Shown here: positions 50,390 to 63,600 of the stretch, one piece after another | Numbering within the stretch: the stretch's first letter is position 1 | How the letters are laid out: every line of letters begins with the position of its first letter | Assembly (NCBI RefSeq): GCF_036971445.1 | Contig: NC_091470.1 | Location: forward strand, 192,820,001 to 192,884,000 | Reading direction: 5' to 3' | From: Narcine bancroftii | Lineage: Eukaryota | DNA: 64,000 nt | Notes under the pieces: generated by a model | The model's database searches: none | Seen by the model: the letters and a program-made list of their open reading frames with translations, nothing else | What the model was told of the DNA's origin: nothing | Made by a program: the position numbers and the translations under genes

Positions 50390-50905
50390 TCTTCTTTCTT
50401 TGGCTTGGCTTCGCGGATGGAGATTTAAGGAGGGGATAAATGTCCACGTCAGCTGCAGGCTCGTTTGTGGCTGACAAGTCCGATGCGGGACAGGCAGACA
50501 CGGTTGCAGCGGTTGCAGGGGAAAATTGGTTGGTTGGGGTTGGGTGTTGGGTTTTTCCTCCTTTGCCTTTTGTCAGTGAGGTGGGCTCTGCGGTCTTCTT
50601 CAAAGGAGGTTGCTGCCCGCCAAACTGTGAGGTGCCAAGATGCACGGTTTGAGGCGATATCAGCCCACTGGCGGTGGTCAATGTGGCAGGCACCAAGAGA
50701 TTTCTTTAGGCAGTCCTTGTACCTTTTCTTTGGTGCACCTCTGTCACGGTGGCCAGTGGAGAGCTCGCCATATAACACGATCTTGGGAAGGCGATGGTCC
50801 TCCATTCTGGAGACGTGACCCACCCAGCGCAGCTGGATCTTCAGCAGCGTGGACTCGATGCTGTCGACCTCTGCCATCTCGAGTACTTCGACGTGAGGGA
50901 TGAAA
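50390..50905 (-). mobile_element. Second RTE LINE 3' end, nearly identical to 15686-16190
   Basis: Same translated C-terminus with only a few substitutions. Confidence 0.9.
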
Positions 50906-51759
50906 GATTCTACCGATGAAGGAACCACATGGGTGGCAGGCTCTTGGTGATTCAAGGCGAAGAACCCATGCATGCAGTGGTCTGCCGGAGACTGTGGTTG
51001 AGGGGCTCACACCAGGCTGCGGACAGCTGGAGACTGGCTGAAGGGGGACCAGATATTGGAACTGGGATGCGAGAGAGTGGCTAGGGTACTGTCAGAGGTT
51101 CGGATCTGGAACTCGGGCTGCTGATGGTTTGGACTGGACTCTGTGTAGCTGAAGGGGCTGTGGAGTCGAATCCACAGACACTTGGTGACTCAGGGGGGGG
51201 GGGAACACAAATCTCTTTTGTTCTCTTTCTCTGACTGTAAGAGGCACCTCAGGCAATTCCTGCCGATAGTGAATCTGTCTGCCTTTCAGCAGGCAAAAGC
51301 AATTCTGTGTAATATGGCCCTGTTTTATTACAGGACAATAAATTTAATCCTGAATCTTAACAATCTCCCCTCCTGAATCTCCTACGACCATAGAGGCATA
51401 CACAGAGCCATTTACCGCCATCAATTATTCCACCAACTCACACATCTTCAGATATGGGAAAGATTTGGAGCATGAGGGGAACACATGCAGTCACAGAGAG
51501 AACGTGCAAACTCCACACAGACTGCACTGGCATTTGGGAATCAATTCCAAGGCAGCAGTACTGAGCTCTGCATAGCCCGCTGAAAGGGTGTGGGTGTAGC
51601 AAGGGTGTGCCAGAGGGAAGTGATCGTGTGCTGACACCTGCATGTGTGTTGAAGGAATCGTATTGCAGAGCAGAAGCCCAATGTCCAAAGTACAAACCAC
51701 TCAGAACTGGTGCAAACACACACCCTGCGACTGCCTGTACTCAGTGTAGGGACCGCCGG

Positions 51760-52680
51760 AGCTACAGCCCTGACACACGCCCCACCCCTATACACAACAC
51801 CTTCCGCAACCTCCACACACCCCCCACCCCTGACACACACTGTCCACAACTCCTACACACCCTCACCCCTACAGAACACCATCCACAACCCCAACACACC
51901 CCCACCACCTACACACACTGTCCACAACCCCTACACACCCCCCACCCCCTTCACAACACTGTCCATAACCGCCACACACACCCCCTAACACAACATCGTC
52001 CACAACCCATACACACACCCTGCGACTGCCTGTACTCAGTGTAGGGACCTTCGGAGCTACAGCCCCAACACAACCCCCACCCCTCACCTCCTACACACCC
52101 CCTAACCCCTACACACAACACCATCCACAACCCCTACACACCCACCACACCCCCAACACACCATTCACAACTGCCAGAAACCCCTCCATCCCTCATCCCC
52201 TATACACCCCCACCCCTATGCACACACCTCATCCCCGACACAACACTATCCACAACCCCTACACACATCCCTCCATACTCCCTGCACAACACTGTCCACA
52301 CCCCCACCCCCTATAAACCAACGTCTGCAACTCCCACACAACCCTCACATCTCCTACACACATCTCCACCCCCCACATGCCCTACACATAACTTTGACAC
52401 TCCTGAAACACACTCCAACTCTCCCCTCAACCCCCACTTCACCCACACACCCCCTCACATCCTGATACACCCCCCACATCCCTGACACACCCATCAACAC
52501 CCCCGATACACCCCCATACATGTCCTAGACACCTCTTACAATCCCCACACACCATTTGCATCACCCCTGCACACCCCTATACACATTCCCCACAATCACC
52601 CACCTTTCACAACCCCCATACGAAACTCCTACACCCACCTCATTCCCAACTCACCACACATCCTTTACCCATCCCTCTAA
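51760..52680. repeat. C/A-rich low-complexity tract
   Basis: cacacccc/acaacccctac motifs; 51716-51770 is duplicated at 52012-52066. Confidence 0.75.
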
Positions 52681-52784
52681 TAAATAATGTGGGATGTGTA
52701 GGTGAGTGTGTCGAGGGTGTAGGTGAGTGGATGTTGGGAATTGTGTGGAGGATCACTTGATGTCTGCAAGGACAGGATGCGGGG

Positions 52785-53490
52785 TGGACCCTGCCCCTTT
52801 AATGCTGTGTTGGCGGTGGTGCTGGCTGATCCCTGCACCTTTAAGAGAGCCAAGGGGATCTGCTCCTTTAAAACTGCCGGCGGCAATGTCTGCGAGATGC
52901 CTGTCCGTTTAACACTCTACCATCGCCTTGCCCGGAGGGTACCTGCCCCTTTAACCCTCTGCTGATGCCTCACCTGTGGGGTATCTGCCACTAACCCTCT
53001 GCTGACTTGCCTGGAGGGTACCTGCCCCTTTAACATCGCCGACACTTTGCCGCGAGGTGCCTGCTTCTTTAATATTCAGCCGATGCTTTTCCAGCGAGAG
53101 ACTGTCCCTTTAACACCCTGCCAACGCCTTGCCCGCGGGGCGCCTTCCCCTTTAACACTCGCCTGATGCTTCACCTGTGGGGTGTCTGCCCCTTTTGCCG
53201 ACACCTTGCCTGGAGGGTACCTGACCCTTTAACACTGCCGACGCCTTGCCTGGAGGTACCTTGCCCGGAAGTTCCTGCCCCATTGACATTCTGCCGACGC
53301 CTGCCCGCAAAGTACCTGCCCCTTTAACATTCTGCCGACGCCTTGCCCGCTAGTGTCTGTCCCTTTAATATTCGGCAGACGCCTCGCCCGCGATAGACTG
53401 TCCCTTTAACGCTTTACCCGGAGGGTTGGTACCTGCCCCTTTAACACTCTACAGACGCCTCGCCCGCGGGACACTTGTCCCTTTAACAAC
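52785..53490. repeat. ~42-bp degenerate tandem repeat upstream of the KIF1C promoter
   Basis: About 16 copies of cctgcccctttaacactctgccgacgccttgcccg. Confidence 0.85.
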
Positions 53491-53813
53491 CCCGCAGGGT
53501 CGGGAGCGACCACGTGACCGGGAATGGCGACCGGCTCCTGACCGCGGACGTCAATCAGCGCCGAGCAGCCGCCCGTCCCGGACACGCCGGCCCGAGCCCC
53601 CACCCACCACCTCCCCCCTCCCGCCCGCCCGGCGCCACAGCCCCGCTTGGGAAAGTTTTCCCAAACTTCAGGAAAAGTTTTCTGGGGGCGGGGCGGGCCC
53701 CGCAGCGCCGGCAACGGGAACGCGCAATGCCGCCCCGGGCACCGGCAGGAGAAAGCGAGCCGAACCGGGAGGACGGAATGTGGAAGGGTGACAGGATCCT
53801 GCTGGCGGAGAGG
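53480..53813 (+). promoter_or_regulatory. KIF1C: KIF1C CpG-island promoter and probable non-coding exon 1
   Basis: E-box CACGTGAC at 53511, GACGTCA at 53547, GC boxes near 53685 and a candidate donor AGG|GTGAGA at 53814. Confidence 0.65.
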
Positions 53814-53834
53814 GTGAGAGGGAGTCGGGTCTGC

Positions 53835-54740
53835 CTCTGGGGTACACTACTGATGGGGACAGGTCTGCCCCTGTGTAACATCGGAGTACAGTACTGGTGG
53901 GGACGGGTCTGTCCCTGTCTAACACTGAGGTACAGTACTGGTGGGGACAGGTCCTATCTGTCTAACACCGAGGTACAGTACTGGTGGGGACGGGTCTGTC
54001 ACTGTGTAACACCGGAGTATAGTACTGGTGGGGACAGGTCTGTCCCTGCCTAACCCCGAGGAACACTACTGGTGAGAATGGGTCTGCCCCTGTGTAACAC
54101 CGGAGTACAATACTGGTGAGGACAGGTCTGCCCCTGTCTAACACCGAGGTACAGTAATGATGGGGACAGGTCTGCCCCTATGTAAGACTTAGGTACAGTA
54201 CTGGTGGGGATGGGTCTGCCCCTGTCAAACACCGAGGTACAGTACTGGTGGGGACGGATCTGTCACTGTGTAAGACTTAGGTACAGTACTGGTGAGGACA
54301 GGTCTGTCCCTATGTTACACCGGGGTACAGTACTGGTGGGGACGGATCTGTCCCTGTCTAACACCGGGGTACAGTATTGGTGGGGACAGGTCTGCCCCTA
54401 TGTAAGACTTAGGTACAGTACTGGTGGGGATGGGTCTGCCCCTGTCAAACACCGAGGTACAGTACTGGTGGGGACGGATCTGTCACTGTGTAACACTGGG
54501 GTACAGTATTGGTGGGGACAGGTCTGTCCCTATGTTACACCAGGGTACAGTACTGGTGGGGATGGATCTGTCCCTGTCTAACACTGGGGTACAGTACTGG
54601 TGGGGACAGGTCTGACCCTGTCTAACACCGAAGCACAGTACTGGTGAGGACAGGTCTGTCACTGTGTAAGACTTGGGTACAGTACTGGTGGGGACGAGTC
54701 TGCCCCTGTGGAACACTGGGGTATAGTACTGGTGGGGAAT
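53835..54740 (+). repeat. 44-bp satellite filling the first KIF1C intron
   Basis: About 20 copies of gtacagtactggtggggacaggtctgtcactgtgtaacaccgag. Confidence 0.92.
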
Positions 54741-54866
54741 GATTTGTTTACTTTTTTACTGTGACTGGACAGTGGGAATTTTATTTCTGGAGAAGCTTTG
54801 AACTTTGCTCTTTGACCCAACGCAGGTACAGTTGTGATTGGCCATTGGGCCTGAGCTGAGGTCAGG

Positions 54867-54972
54867 ATGTCGGGCGCCTCGGTCAAAGTGGCCGTGAGGG
54901 TGCGGCCATTCAACGAGCGGGAGCTCCGTCTGCGCTCCTCCTGCATTGTCCAGGTGTCGGGTAACTCCACCA
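54867..54972 (+). CDS. KIF1C: Kinesin-3 first coding exon ([35 protein letters not shown])
   Basis: Canonical KIF1 N-terminus; 106 nt, A|GTGAGT donor, upstream acceptor acgcag at 54825. The paralog is assigned by synteny with CAMTA2/INCA1, not by sequence alone. Confidence 0.85.
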
Positions 54973-55438
54973 GTGAGTGCTAGGTTGAGGGGCAGGGTGG
55001 GTCCTCTGGGAGATGGATCCGTCTGGGGTGGGCCCGTACTCTGGGTGACGGTCTGTGGGTTGGATCCATTTGGGGGTATGCATCTGAGTGCGGGGATGTG
55101 TCTGTTTTGTGACCGTTTGTAGGTACATCTGTCTGGCGGATTCATCTTGGGGGTGGGTCCATCTGCTGTTTGTCTCTCTGGGAGGGTGGGGCGTCTGTCT
55201 GATGTGTGTTTGGAATAGTGGGTTACACCTTTTCAGCGCCAGGGATTGGGACCGAGTTGTGGATCTCATGTGTCTATAAGGAGTTTGACCGTCCTCCCCG
55301 GGTCTGTGTGGGCTTCCTCTTGGGCAGGGGTGGCTAAACATAAGAGCAAGACATGATAAAATATTACATACAAGTTTTTACTCTTGCATATTTTGTTATG
55401 AAAAGTTTAATTAATACATGTAGAGTAATTTATTTGTA

Positions 55439-55879
55439 CAGGTACACAATCCTTTGTACAGGAACACAGTGTGTTCCGAATTTCAGATTTTTCCGGATTT
55501 CGGAAAGCCAGATTTAAGCCCCCCCAAATTGTGCTGCTGTATCCACCCCCACCCCCCTCCTGTCGTGCTGCCGGTCTCCCGCCCTCTCTCTCCCGCCCAA
55601 CACGCACTGCCGGTCTCCCCTCCCCTCATCCGCCCGACTCGCGCTGCCAGTTTGCCCTCCCCTTGTCTGCCCGACTCGCGCTGCCGGTTTGCCCTCCCCT
55701 TGTCCGCCCGACTTGCGCTGCCGGTCTCCCCTCCTCTCGCCCGCCCGGCTCCCCACCCCCCTCACCCACCCGGCTCCCCACCTCCCTCACCCGCCTGACT
55801 CAAGCTCCCGTCTCTTCCCACTTGCCGAATTGTGGAGCTTTCTGGAATTTAGATGTCTGGATAAAGGATTGTGTACCTA
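55439..55879. mobile_element. MITE with terminal inverted repeats (Tc1/mariner-Tigger-like)
   Basis: Perfect 16-bp TIRs aggtacacaatccttt / aaaggattgtgtacct, with TA on the left; a similar, more decayed element lies at ~32502-32687. Confidence 0.75.
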
Positions 55880-57654
55880 TTTGTGGTTTTTAAACTGGTA
55901 ATTTGTTTTAGTTTCAAAAATAAAATGTACACAAAAACATACCAAATATTTTCAAAATCCAGACCGATATTTTTTTGTAGAAATCTCTTCCCAAGGAAGC
56001 ATCAGAGGGGAATTAAGGGTTAAGGAGAAAAGAAGGCAGAGCTGGGTCTATGACCTGATAACCTGAGATCTCACTGAATGTGGGAGCAGCCATGACGCCA
56101 GATGGACAACTCCTGCTCCTGTTTCTGTGGTGTTCTGTACAGGAATGCTGCTGCCACTGGTCTTTGCAGATACCTGCACCATTGCAGCGTCCACAGTTAA
56201 GTACACGATACAGGAAGCAACCTGATGCGTCTGCCTCCTGTGGCAGGGTGAGGCCAAGGAGCCCACAGCTCTCCTCTTCCCCATCCCACCTTCCACTCCC
56301 CCCTTCCTAGACTTGGGGTGAGGGAGGGGAAGGGAAGAGAAAGAATGGCTGCTGCGAGCAGAGGCTGAGGTATGGAATGATAAAAACCTTTGCACTGCCA
56401 AGTGCTTACTCTCCATCCATTGGGACCAGGGTTTGCATGTGGCCACTGCCAGCTCCAGTTCTTGTCCTGGCTTGGTATCTGGATGAGGTCCTCTTTGAGG
56501 ATTCCCTCCAGCCTTTCCTCCCCGTCTCCATCATCTTGCTCCTCCCCTGCCAGAGAGCCTGCTTTGGACAGATACCCTGCCTCTGGGGCAGACTATGCCT
56601 CAATGGAGCTTTCCTGATCCAGCCCCGGCTTTTCTTCCTCTGCGTCCGCTCCCCGAGGAGGAACCTCAGCTCTGCTTGACTCCCAAAGTTGGCAGCGCTC
56701 TGCTGTGGTGTTACTGACCTGAGCAAAGAGAACCCGACTCTGGTGTGTGCTGCTCGCTCAGCCCCTCTACAGGACCGTTCCTCCAGTGCCCACTCCCTCT
56801 TCTTGTCACGCACCCAGGGCTATGACCCCTGGTCTGGCCGCAGTGATTCAGAGTGTCCCAGAGTGGCTTTGGGAGCACTGCTATCTCCACCAGCCTTCCC
56901 AGGTAGCCCCTGGCTCTCTGGTTTTCCTCTCTGGCTGCGGTCAGGGGCACCCAGCAACAGAGAGGCTTGATGCCCTGTACAAGCTGAATCAGCTGAGATT
57001 TGCATGACTCCTCCCCAGCCAAGCCTCTGCACTCCTTCCTGGACATGAGGAAGTACCGGAAGGAGAACCATTCGTCGAAAGCCACACCAGCTAAAGCTAA
57101 CATTGAGCATTGGATCATACGATTCCTGTCACAACCAACATATTTCCGTGAGCCATACGTTGTATGTCAAAGAGCCACATGTGTCTTGCGAGCCACGGTT
57201 TGGCGACCTCTACTCTAGGGGCTTCAGTTCCCCCCACTGTTCGATAACACTGGGGGGGGGGGTAGGTAAATGGGGTGTAAATTGGGGGCAATAGACTTGT
57301 GGGCCGAAATGGCCTGTGGCCATGCTGAACGTATGAATCTGGTGTTGGAGACGGCTGTGATTGACCTCACCCCATCCGTCTCACGCCTGTCCCGTCCGTC
57401 TCACGCCCTCTACCACGTCCATCTCCCTTCCCCCACTCTCTCTCTCTCTCTCTCCTCCTCCATTCTTGTTGAGGTGGTGGATGGGCCTCTGGGAGCCCCT
57501 ATCTGTGTGGGGGTCCCACCTCCCTCAGGGGGAGGTGCCAGAGGCAATTGCATGGGAAGTTGGCCAGGAGACAATGGGCTGAATGGCCTCCTGAACTGTC
57601 TGATGTGGGAGCAACATGGTGGATGTATGTGGATGGATTGGTTGTGACATTTTC

Positions 57655-60600
57655 CCCCTTCCCCTTTCCTCCCCCCGCTGTTCCCTCTCCTCACCGCGCT
57701 GTTCGCTCTCCACCCCCCGCTGTTCCCTCTCCTCCCCCGCTGTTCCCTCTCCTCCCCCGCTGTTCCCTCTCCTCCCCCGCTGTTCCCTCTCCTCCCCCGC
57801 TGTTCCCTCTCCTCCCCCGCTGTTCCCTCTCCTCCCCCGCTGTTCCCTCTCCTCCCCCGCTGTTCCCTCTCCTCCCCCGCTGTTCCCTCTCCTCCCCCGC
57901 TGTTCCCTCTCCTCCCCCGCTGTTCCCTCTCCTCCCCCGCTGTTCCCTCTCCTCCCCCGCTGTTCCCTCTCCTCCCCCGCTGTTCCCTCTCCTCCCCCGC
58001 TGTTCCCTCTCCTCCCCCGCTGTTCCCTCTCCTCCCCCGCTGTTCCCTCTCCTCCCCCGCTGTTCCCTCTCCTCCCCCGCTGTTCCCTCTCCTCCCCCGC
58101 TGTTCCCTCTCCTCCCCCGCTGTTCCCTCTCCTCCCCCGCTGTTCCCTCTCCTCCCCCGCTGTTCCCTCTCCTCCCCCGCTGTTCCCTCTCCTCCCCCGC
58201 TGTTCCCTCTCCTCCCCCGCTGTTCCCTCTCCTCCCCCGCTGTTCCCTCTCCTCCCCCGCTGTTCCCTCTCCTCCCCCCGCTGTTCCCTCTCCTCCCCCC
58301 GCTGTTCCCTCTCCTCCCCCCGCTGTTCCCTCTCCTCCCCCCGCTGTTCCCTCTCCTCCCCCCGCTGTTCCCTCTCCTCCCCCCGCTGTTCCCTCTCCTC
58401 CCCCGCTGTTCCCTCCCCTCCCCCGCTCTTCCCTCCCCTCCCCCGCTCTTCCCTCCCCTCCCCCGCTCTTCCCTCCCCCCCCCCGCTCTTCCCTCCCCTC
58501 CCCCGCTCTTCCCTCCCCTCCCCCTGCTCTTCCCTCCCCTCCCCCCGCTCTTCCCTCCCCTCCCCCCGCTCTTCCCTCCCCTCCCCCCGCTCTTCCCTCT
58601 CCTCCCCCCGCTCTTCCCTCTCCTCCCCCCGCTCTTCCCTCTCCTCCCCCCGCTCTTCCCTCTCCTCCCCCCGCTCTTCCCTCTCCTCCCCCCGCTCTTC
58701 CCTCTCCTCCCCCCGCTCTTCCCTCTCCTCCCCCCGCTCTTCCCTCTCCTCCCCCCGCTCTTCCCTCTCCTCCCCCCGCTCTTCCCTCTCCTCCCCCCGC
58801 TCTTCCCTCTCCTCCCCCCGCTCTTCCCTCTCCTCCCCCGCTCTTCCCTCTCCTCCCCCGCTCTTCCCTCTCCTCCCCCGCTCTTCCCTCTCCTCCCCCG
58901 CTCTTCCCTCTCCTCCCCCCGCTCTTCCCTCTCCTCCCCCCGCTCTTCCCTCTCCTCCCCCGCTCTTCCCTCTCCTCCCCCCGCTCTTCCCTCTCCTCCC
59001 CCCGCTCTTCCCTCTCCTCCCCCCGCTCTTCCCTCTCCTCCCCCCGCTCTTCCCTCTCCTCCCCCCGCTCTTCCCTCTCCTCCCCCCGCTCTTCCCTCTC
59101 CTCCCCCCGCTCTTCCCTCTCCACCCCCCGCTCTTCCCTCTCCACCCCCCGCTCTTCCCTCTCCTCCCCCCGCTCTTCCCTCTCCTCCCCCCGCTCTTCC
59201 CTCTCCTCCCCCCGCTCTTCCCTCTCCTCCCCCGCTCTTCCCTCTCCTCCCCCCGCTCTTCCCTCTCCTCCCCCCGCTCTTCCCTCTCCTCCCCCCGCTC
59301 TTCCCTCCCCTCCCCCCGCTCTTCCCTCCCCTCCCCCGCTCTTCTCTCCCCTCCCCCGCTCTTCCCTCCACTCCCCCGCTCTTCCCTCCCCTCCCCGCTC
59401 TTCCCTCTCCTCCCCCCGCTCTTCCCTCTCCTCCCCCGCTCTTCCCTCCCCTCCCCCGCTCTTCCCTCCCCTCCCCCGCTCTTCCCTCCCCTCCCCCGCT
59501 CTTCCCTCCCCTCCCCCGCTCTTCCCTCCCCTCCCCCGCTCTTCCCTCCCCTCCCCCGCTCTTCCCTCCCCTCCCCCGCTCTTCCCTCCCCTCCCCCGCT
59601 CTTCCCTCCCCTCCCCCGCTCTTCCCTCCCCTCCCCCCGCTCTTCCCTCCCCTCCCCCCGCTCTTCCCTCCCCTCCCCCGCTCTTCCCTCCCCTCCCCCG
59701 CTCTTCCCTCCCCTCCCCCGCTCTTCCCTCCCCTCCCCTCGCTCTTCCCTCCCCTCCCCCGCTCTTCCCTCCCCTCCCCCCGCTCTTCCCTCCCCTCCCC
59801 CCGCTCTTCCCTCCCCTCCCCCCGCTCTTCCCTCCCCTCCCCCCGCTCTTCCCTCCCCTCCCCCCGCTCTTCCCTCCCCTCCCCCGCTCTTCCCTCCCCT
59901 CCCCCCGCTCTTCCCTCCCCTCCCCCCGCTCTTCCCTCCCCTCCCCCCGCTCTTCCCTCCCCTCCCCCGCTCTTCCCTCCCCTCCCCCGCTCTTCCCTCC
60001 CCTCCCCCCGCTCTTCCCTCCCCTCCCCCCGCTCTTCCCTCCCCTCCCCCCGCTCTTCCCTCCCCTCCCCCGCTCTTCCCTCCCCTCCCCCGCTCTTCCC
60101 TCCCCTCCCCCGCTCTTCCCTCCCCTCCCCCCGCTCTTCCCTCCCCTCCCCCGCTCTTCCCTCCCCTCCCCCCGCTCTTCCCTCCCCCCCGCTCTTCCCT
60201 CCCCCCCCGCTCTTCCCTCCCCCCCGCTCTTCCCTCCCCTCCCCCTGCTCTTCCCTCCCCTCCCCCCGCTCTTCCCTCCCCTCCCCCCGCTCTTCCCTCC
60301 CCTCCCCCCGCTCTTCCCCCCCCTCCCCCGCTCTTCCCTCCCCTCCCCCGCTCTTCCCTCCCCTCCCCCGCTCTTCCCTCCCCTCCCCCGCTCTTCCCTC
60401 CCCTCCCCCGCTCTTCCCTCCCCTCCCCACGCTCTTCCCTCCCCTCCCCCCGCTCTACCCTCCCCCCCCGCTCTTCCCTCCCCTCCCCCCGCTCTTCCCT
60501 CCCCTCCCCCCGCTCTTCCCTCCCCTCCCCCCGCTCTTCCTTCCCCTCCCCCCGCTCTTCCCTCCCCTCCCCCCGCTCTTCCCTCCCCTCCCCCCGCTCT

Positions 60601-63600
60601 TCCCTCCCCTCCCCCCGCTCTTCCCTCCCCTCCCCCGCTCTTCCCTCCCCTCCCCCCGCTCTTCCCTCCCCTCCCCCCGCTCTTCCCTCCCCTCCCCCCG
60701 CTCTTCCCTCCCCTCCCCCCGCTCTTCCCTCCCCTCCCCCCGCTCTTCCCTCCCCTCCCCCCGCTCTTCCCTCCCCTCCCCCCGCTCTTCCCTCCCCTCC
60801 CCCCGCTCTTCCCTCCCCTCCCCCCGCTCTTCCCTCCCCTCCCCCCGCTCTTCCCTCCCCTCCCCCCGCTCTTCCCTCCCCTCCCCCCGCTCTTCCCTCC
60901 CCTCCCCCGCTCTTCCCTCCCCTCCCCCGCTCTTCCCTCTCCTCCCCCGCTCTTCCCTCCCCTCCCCCGCTCTTCCCTCTCCTCCCCGCTCTTCCCTCTC
61001 CTCCCCCGCTCTTCCCTCTCCTCCCCCGCTCTTCCCTCTCCTCCCCCGCTCTTCCCTCTCCTCCCCCGCTCTTCCCTCTCCTCCCCCGCTCTTCCCTCTC
61101 CTCCCCCGCTCTTCCCTCTCCTCCCCCGCTCTTCCCTCTCCTCCCCCGCTCTTCCCTCTCCTCCCCCGCTCTTCCCTCTCCTCCCCCGCTCTTCCCTCTC
61201 CTCCCCCGCTCTTCCCTCTCCTCCCCCGCTCTTCCCTCTCCTCCCCCGCTCTTCCCTCTCCTCCCCCGCTCTTCCCTCTCCTCCCCCCGCTCTTCCCTCT
61301 CCTCCCCCCGCTCTTCCCTCTCCTCCCCCCGCTCTTCCCTCTCCTCCCCCCGCTCTTCCCTCTCCTCCCCCCGCTCTTCCCTCTCCTCCCCCCGCTCTTC
61401 CCTCTCCTCCCCCCGCTCTTCCCTCTCCTCCCCCCGCTCTTCCCTCTCCTCCCCCGCTCTTCCCTCTCCTCCCCCGCTCTTCCCTCTCCTCCCCCGCTCT
61501 TCCCTCTCCTCCCCCCGCTCTTCCCTCTCCTCCCCCCGCTCTTCCCTCTCCTCCCCCCGCTCTTCCCTCTCCTCCCCCGCTCTTCCCTCTCCTCCCCCGC
61601 TCTTCCCTCTCCTCCCCCCGCTCTTCCCTCTCCTCCCCCCGCTCTTCCCTCTCCTCCCCCCGCTCTTCCCTCTCCTCCCCCCGCTCTTCCCTCTCCTCCC
61701 CCCGTGCTCTTCCCTCTCCTCCCCCCGCTCTTCCCCTCTCCACCCCCCGCTCTTCCCCGCTCTCCCTCCTCTCTCCCCCGCTCTTCCCTCTCCTCCCCCC
61801 GCTCTTCCCTCTCCTCCCCCCGCTCTTCCCTCTCCTCCCCCCCGCTCTTCCTCTCTCCTCCCCCGCTCTTCCCTCTCCTCCCCCCGCTCTTCCCTCTCCC
61901 TCCCCCCGCTCTTCCCTCTCCTCCCCCCGCTCTTCCCTCTCCTCCCCCCGCTCTTCCCTCTCCTCCCCCCGCTCTTCCCTCTCCTCCCCCCGCTCTTCCC
62001 TCTCCTCCCCCCGCTCTTCCCTCTCCTCCCCCCGCTCTTCCCTCTCCTCCCCCCGCTCTTCCCTCTCCTCCCCCGCTCTTCCCTCTCCCCCGCTCTTCCC
62101 TCTCTCCCGCTCTTCCTCTCTCCCCCGCTCTTCCCTCTCCTCCCCCCGCTCTTCCCTCTCCTCCCCCGCTCTTCCCTCTCCTCCCCCCGCTCTTCCCTCT
62201 CCTCCCCCGCTCTTCCCTCTCCTCCCCCGCTCTTCCTCTCCTCCCCGCTCTTCCCTCTCCTCCCCCGCTCTTCCCTCTCCTCCCCCCGCTCTTCCCTCTC
62301 CTCCCCCCGCTCTTCCCTCTCCTCCCCCCGCTCTTCCCTCTCCTCCCCCGCTCTTCCTCTCCTCCCCCGCTCTTCCCTCTCCTCCCCCCGCTCTTCCCTC
62401 TCCTCCCCCCGCTCTTCCCTCTCCTCCCCCCGCTCTTCCCTCTCCTCCCCCCGCTCTTCCCTCTCCTCCCCCCGCTCTTCCCTCTCCTCCCCCCGCTCTT
62501 CCTCTCCTCCCCCCGCTCTTCCCTCTCCTCCCCCGCTCTTCCCTCTCCTCCCCCGCTCTTCCCTCTCCTCCCCCCGCTCTTCCCTCTCCTCCCCCCGCTC
62601 TTCCCTCTCCTCCCCCGCTCTTCCCTCTCCTCCCCCCGCTCTTCCTCTCCTCCCCCGCTCTTCCTCTCTCCCCCGCTCTTCCTCTCCTCCCCCGCTCTTC
62701 CCTCTCCTCCCCCCGCTCTTCCCTCTCCTCCCCCCGCTCTTCCCTCTCCTCCCCCCGCTCTTCCCTCTCCTCCCCCCGCTCTTCCCTCTCCTCCCCCCGC
62801 TCTTCCCTCTCCTCCCCCCGCTCTTCCTCTCCTCCCCCCGCTCTTCCCTCTCCTCCCCCCGCTCTTCCCTCTCCTCCCCCCGCTCTTCCCTCTCCTCCCC
62901 CCGCTCTCCCTCTCCTCCCCCGCTCTTCCCTCTCCTCCCCCGCTCTTCCCTCTCCTCCCCCCGCTCTTCCCTCTCCTCCCCCGCTCTTCCTCTCCTCCCC
63001 CGCTCTTCCCTCTCCTCCCCCCGCTCTTCCCTCTCCTCCCCCCGCTCTTCCCTCTCCTCCCCCCGCTCTTCCCTCTCCTCCCCCCGCTCTTCCCTCTCCT
63101 CCCCCCGCTCTTCCTCTCCTCCCCGCTTCCTCTCTCCCCGCTCTTCCCTCCCTCCCCCCGCTCTTCCCTCCCCTCCCCCCGCTCTTCCCTCCCCTCCCCC
63201 CGCTCTTCCCTCCCCTCCCCCCGCTCTTCCCTCCCCTCCCCCCGCTCTTCCCTCCCCTCCCCCGCTCTTCCCTCCCTCCCCCGCTCTTCCCTCCCCTCCC
63301 CCGCTCTTCCCTCCCCTCCCCCGCTCTTCCCTCCCTCCCCCGCTCTTCCCTCCCCTCCCCGCTCTTCCCTCCCCTCCCCCCGCTCTTCCCTCCCCTCCCC
63401 CGCTCTTCCCCTCCCCTCCCCCGCTCTTCACCTCCCCTCCCGCTCTTCCCTCCCCTCCCCGCTCTTCCCTCCCCTCCCCGCTCTTCCTCCCCTCCCCGCT
63501 CTTCCCTCCCCTCCCCGCTCTTCCCTCCCCTCCCGCTCTTCCCTCCCCTCCCCGCTCTTCCCTCCCCTCCCCGCTCTTCCCTCCCCTCCCCGCTCTTCCC

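Noticed and set aside
54867-54972. Assignment as KIF1B (and the left gene as CAMTA1) because of the MSGAS start
   Set aside because: CAMTA2-type residues and the intervening INCA1-like gene favour the CAMTA2-INCA1-KIF1C block. One exon alone is not decisive.
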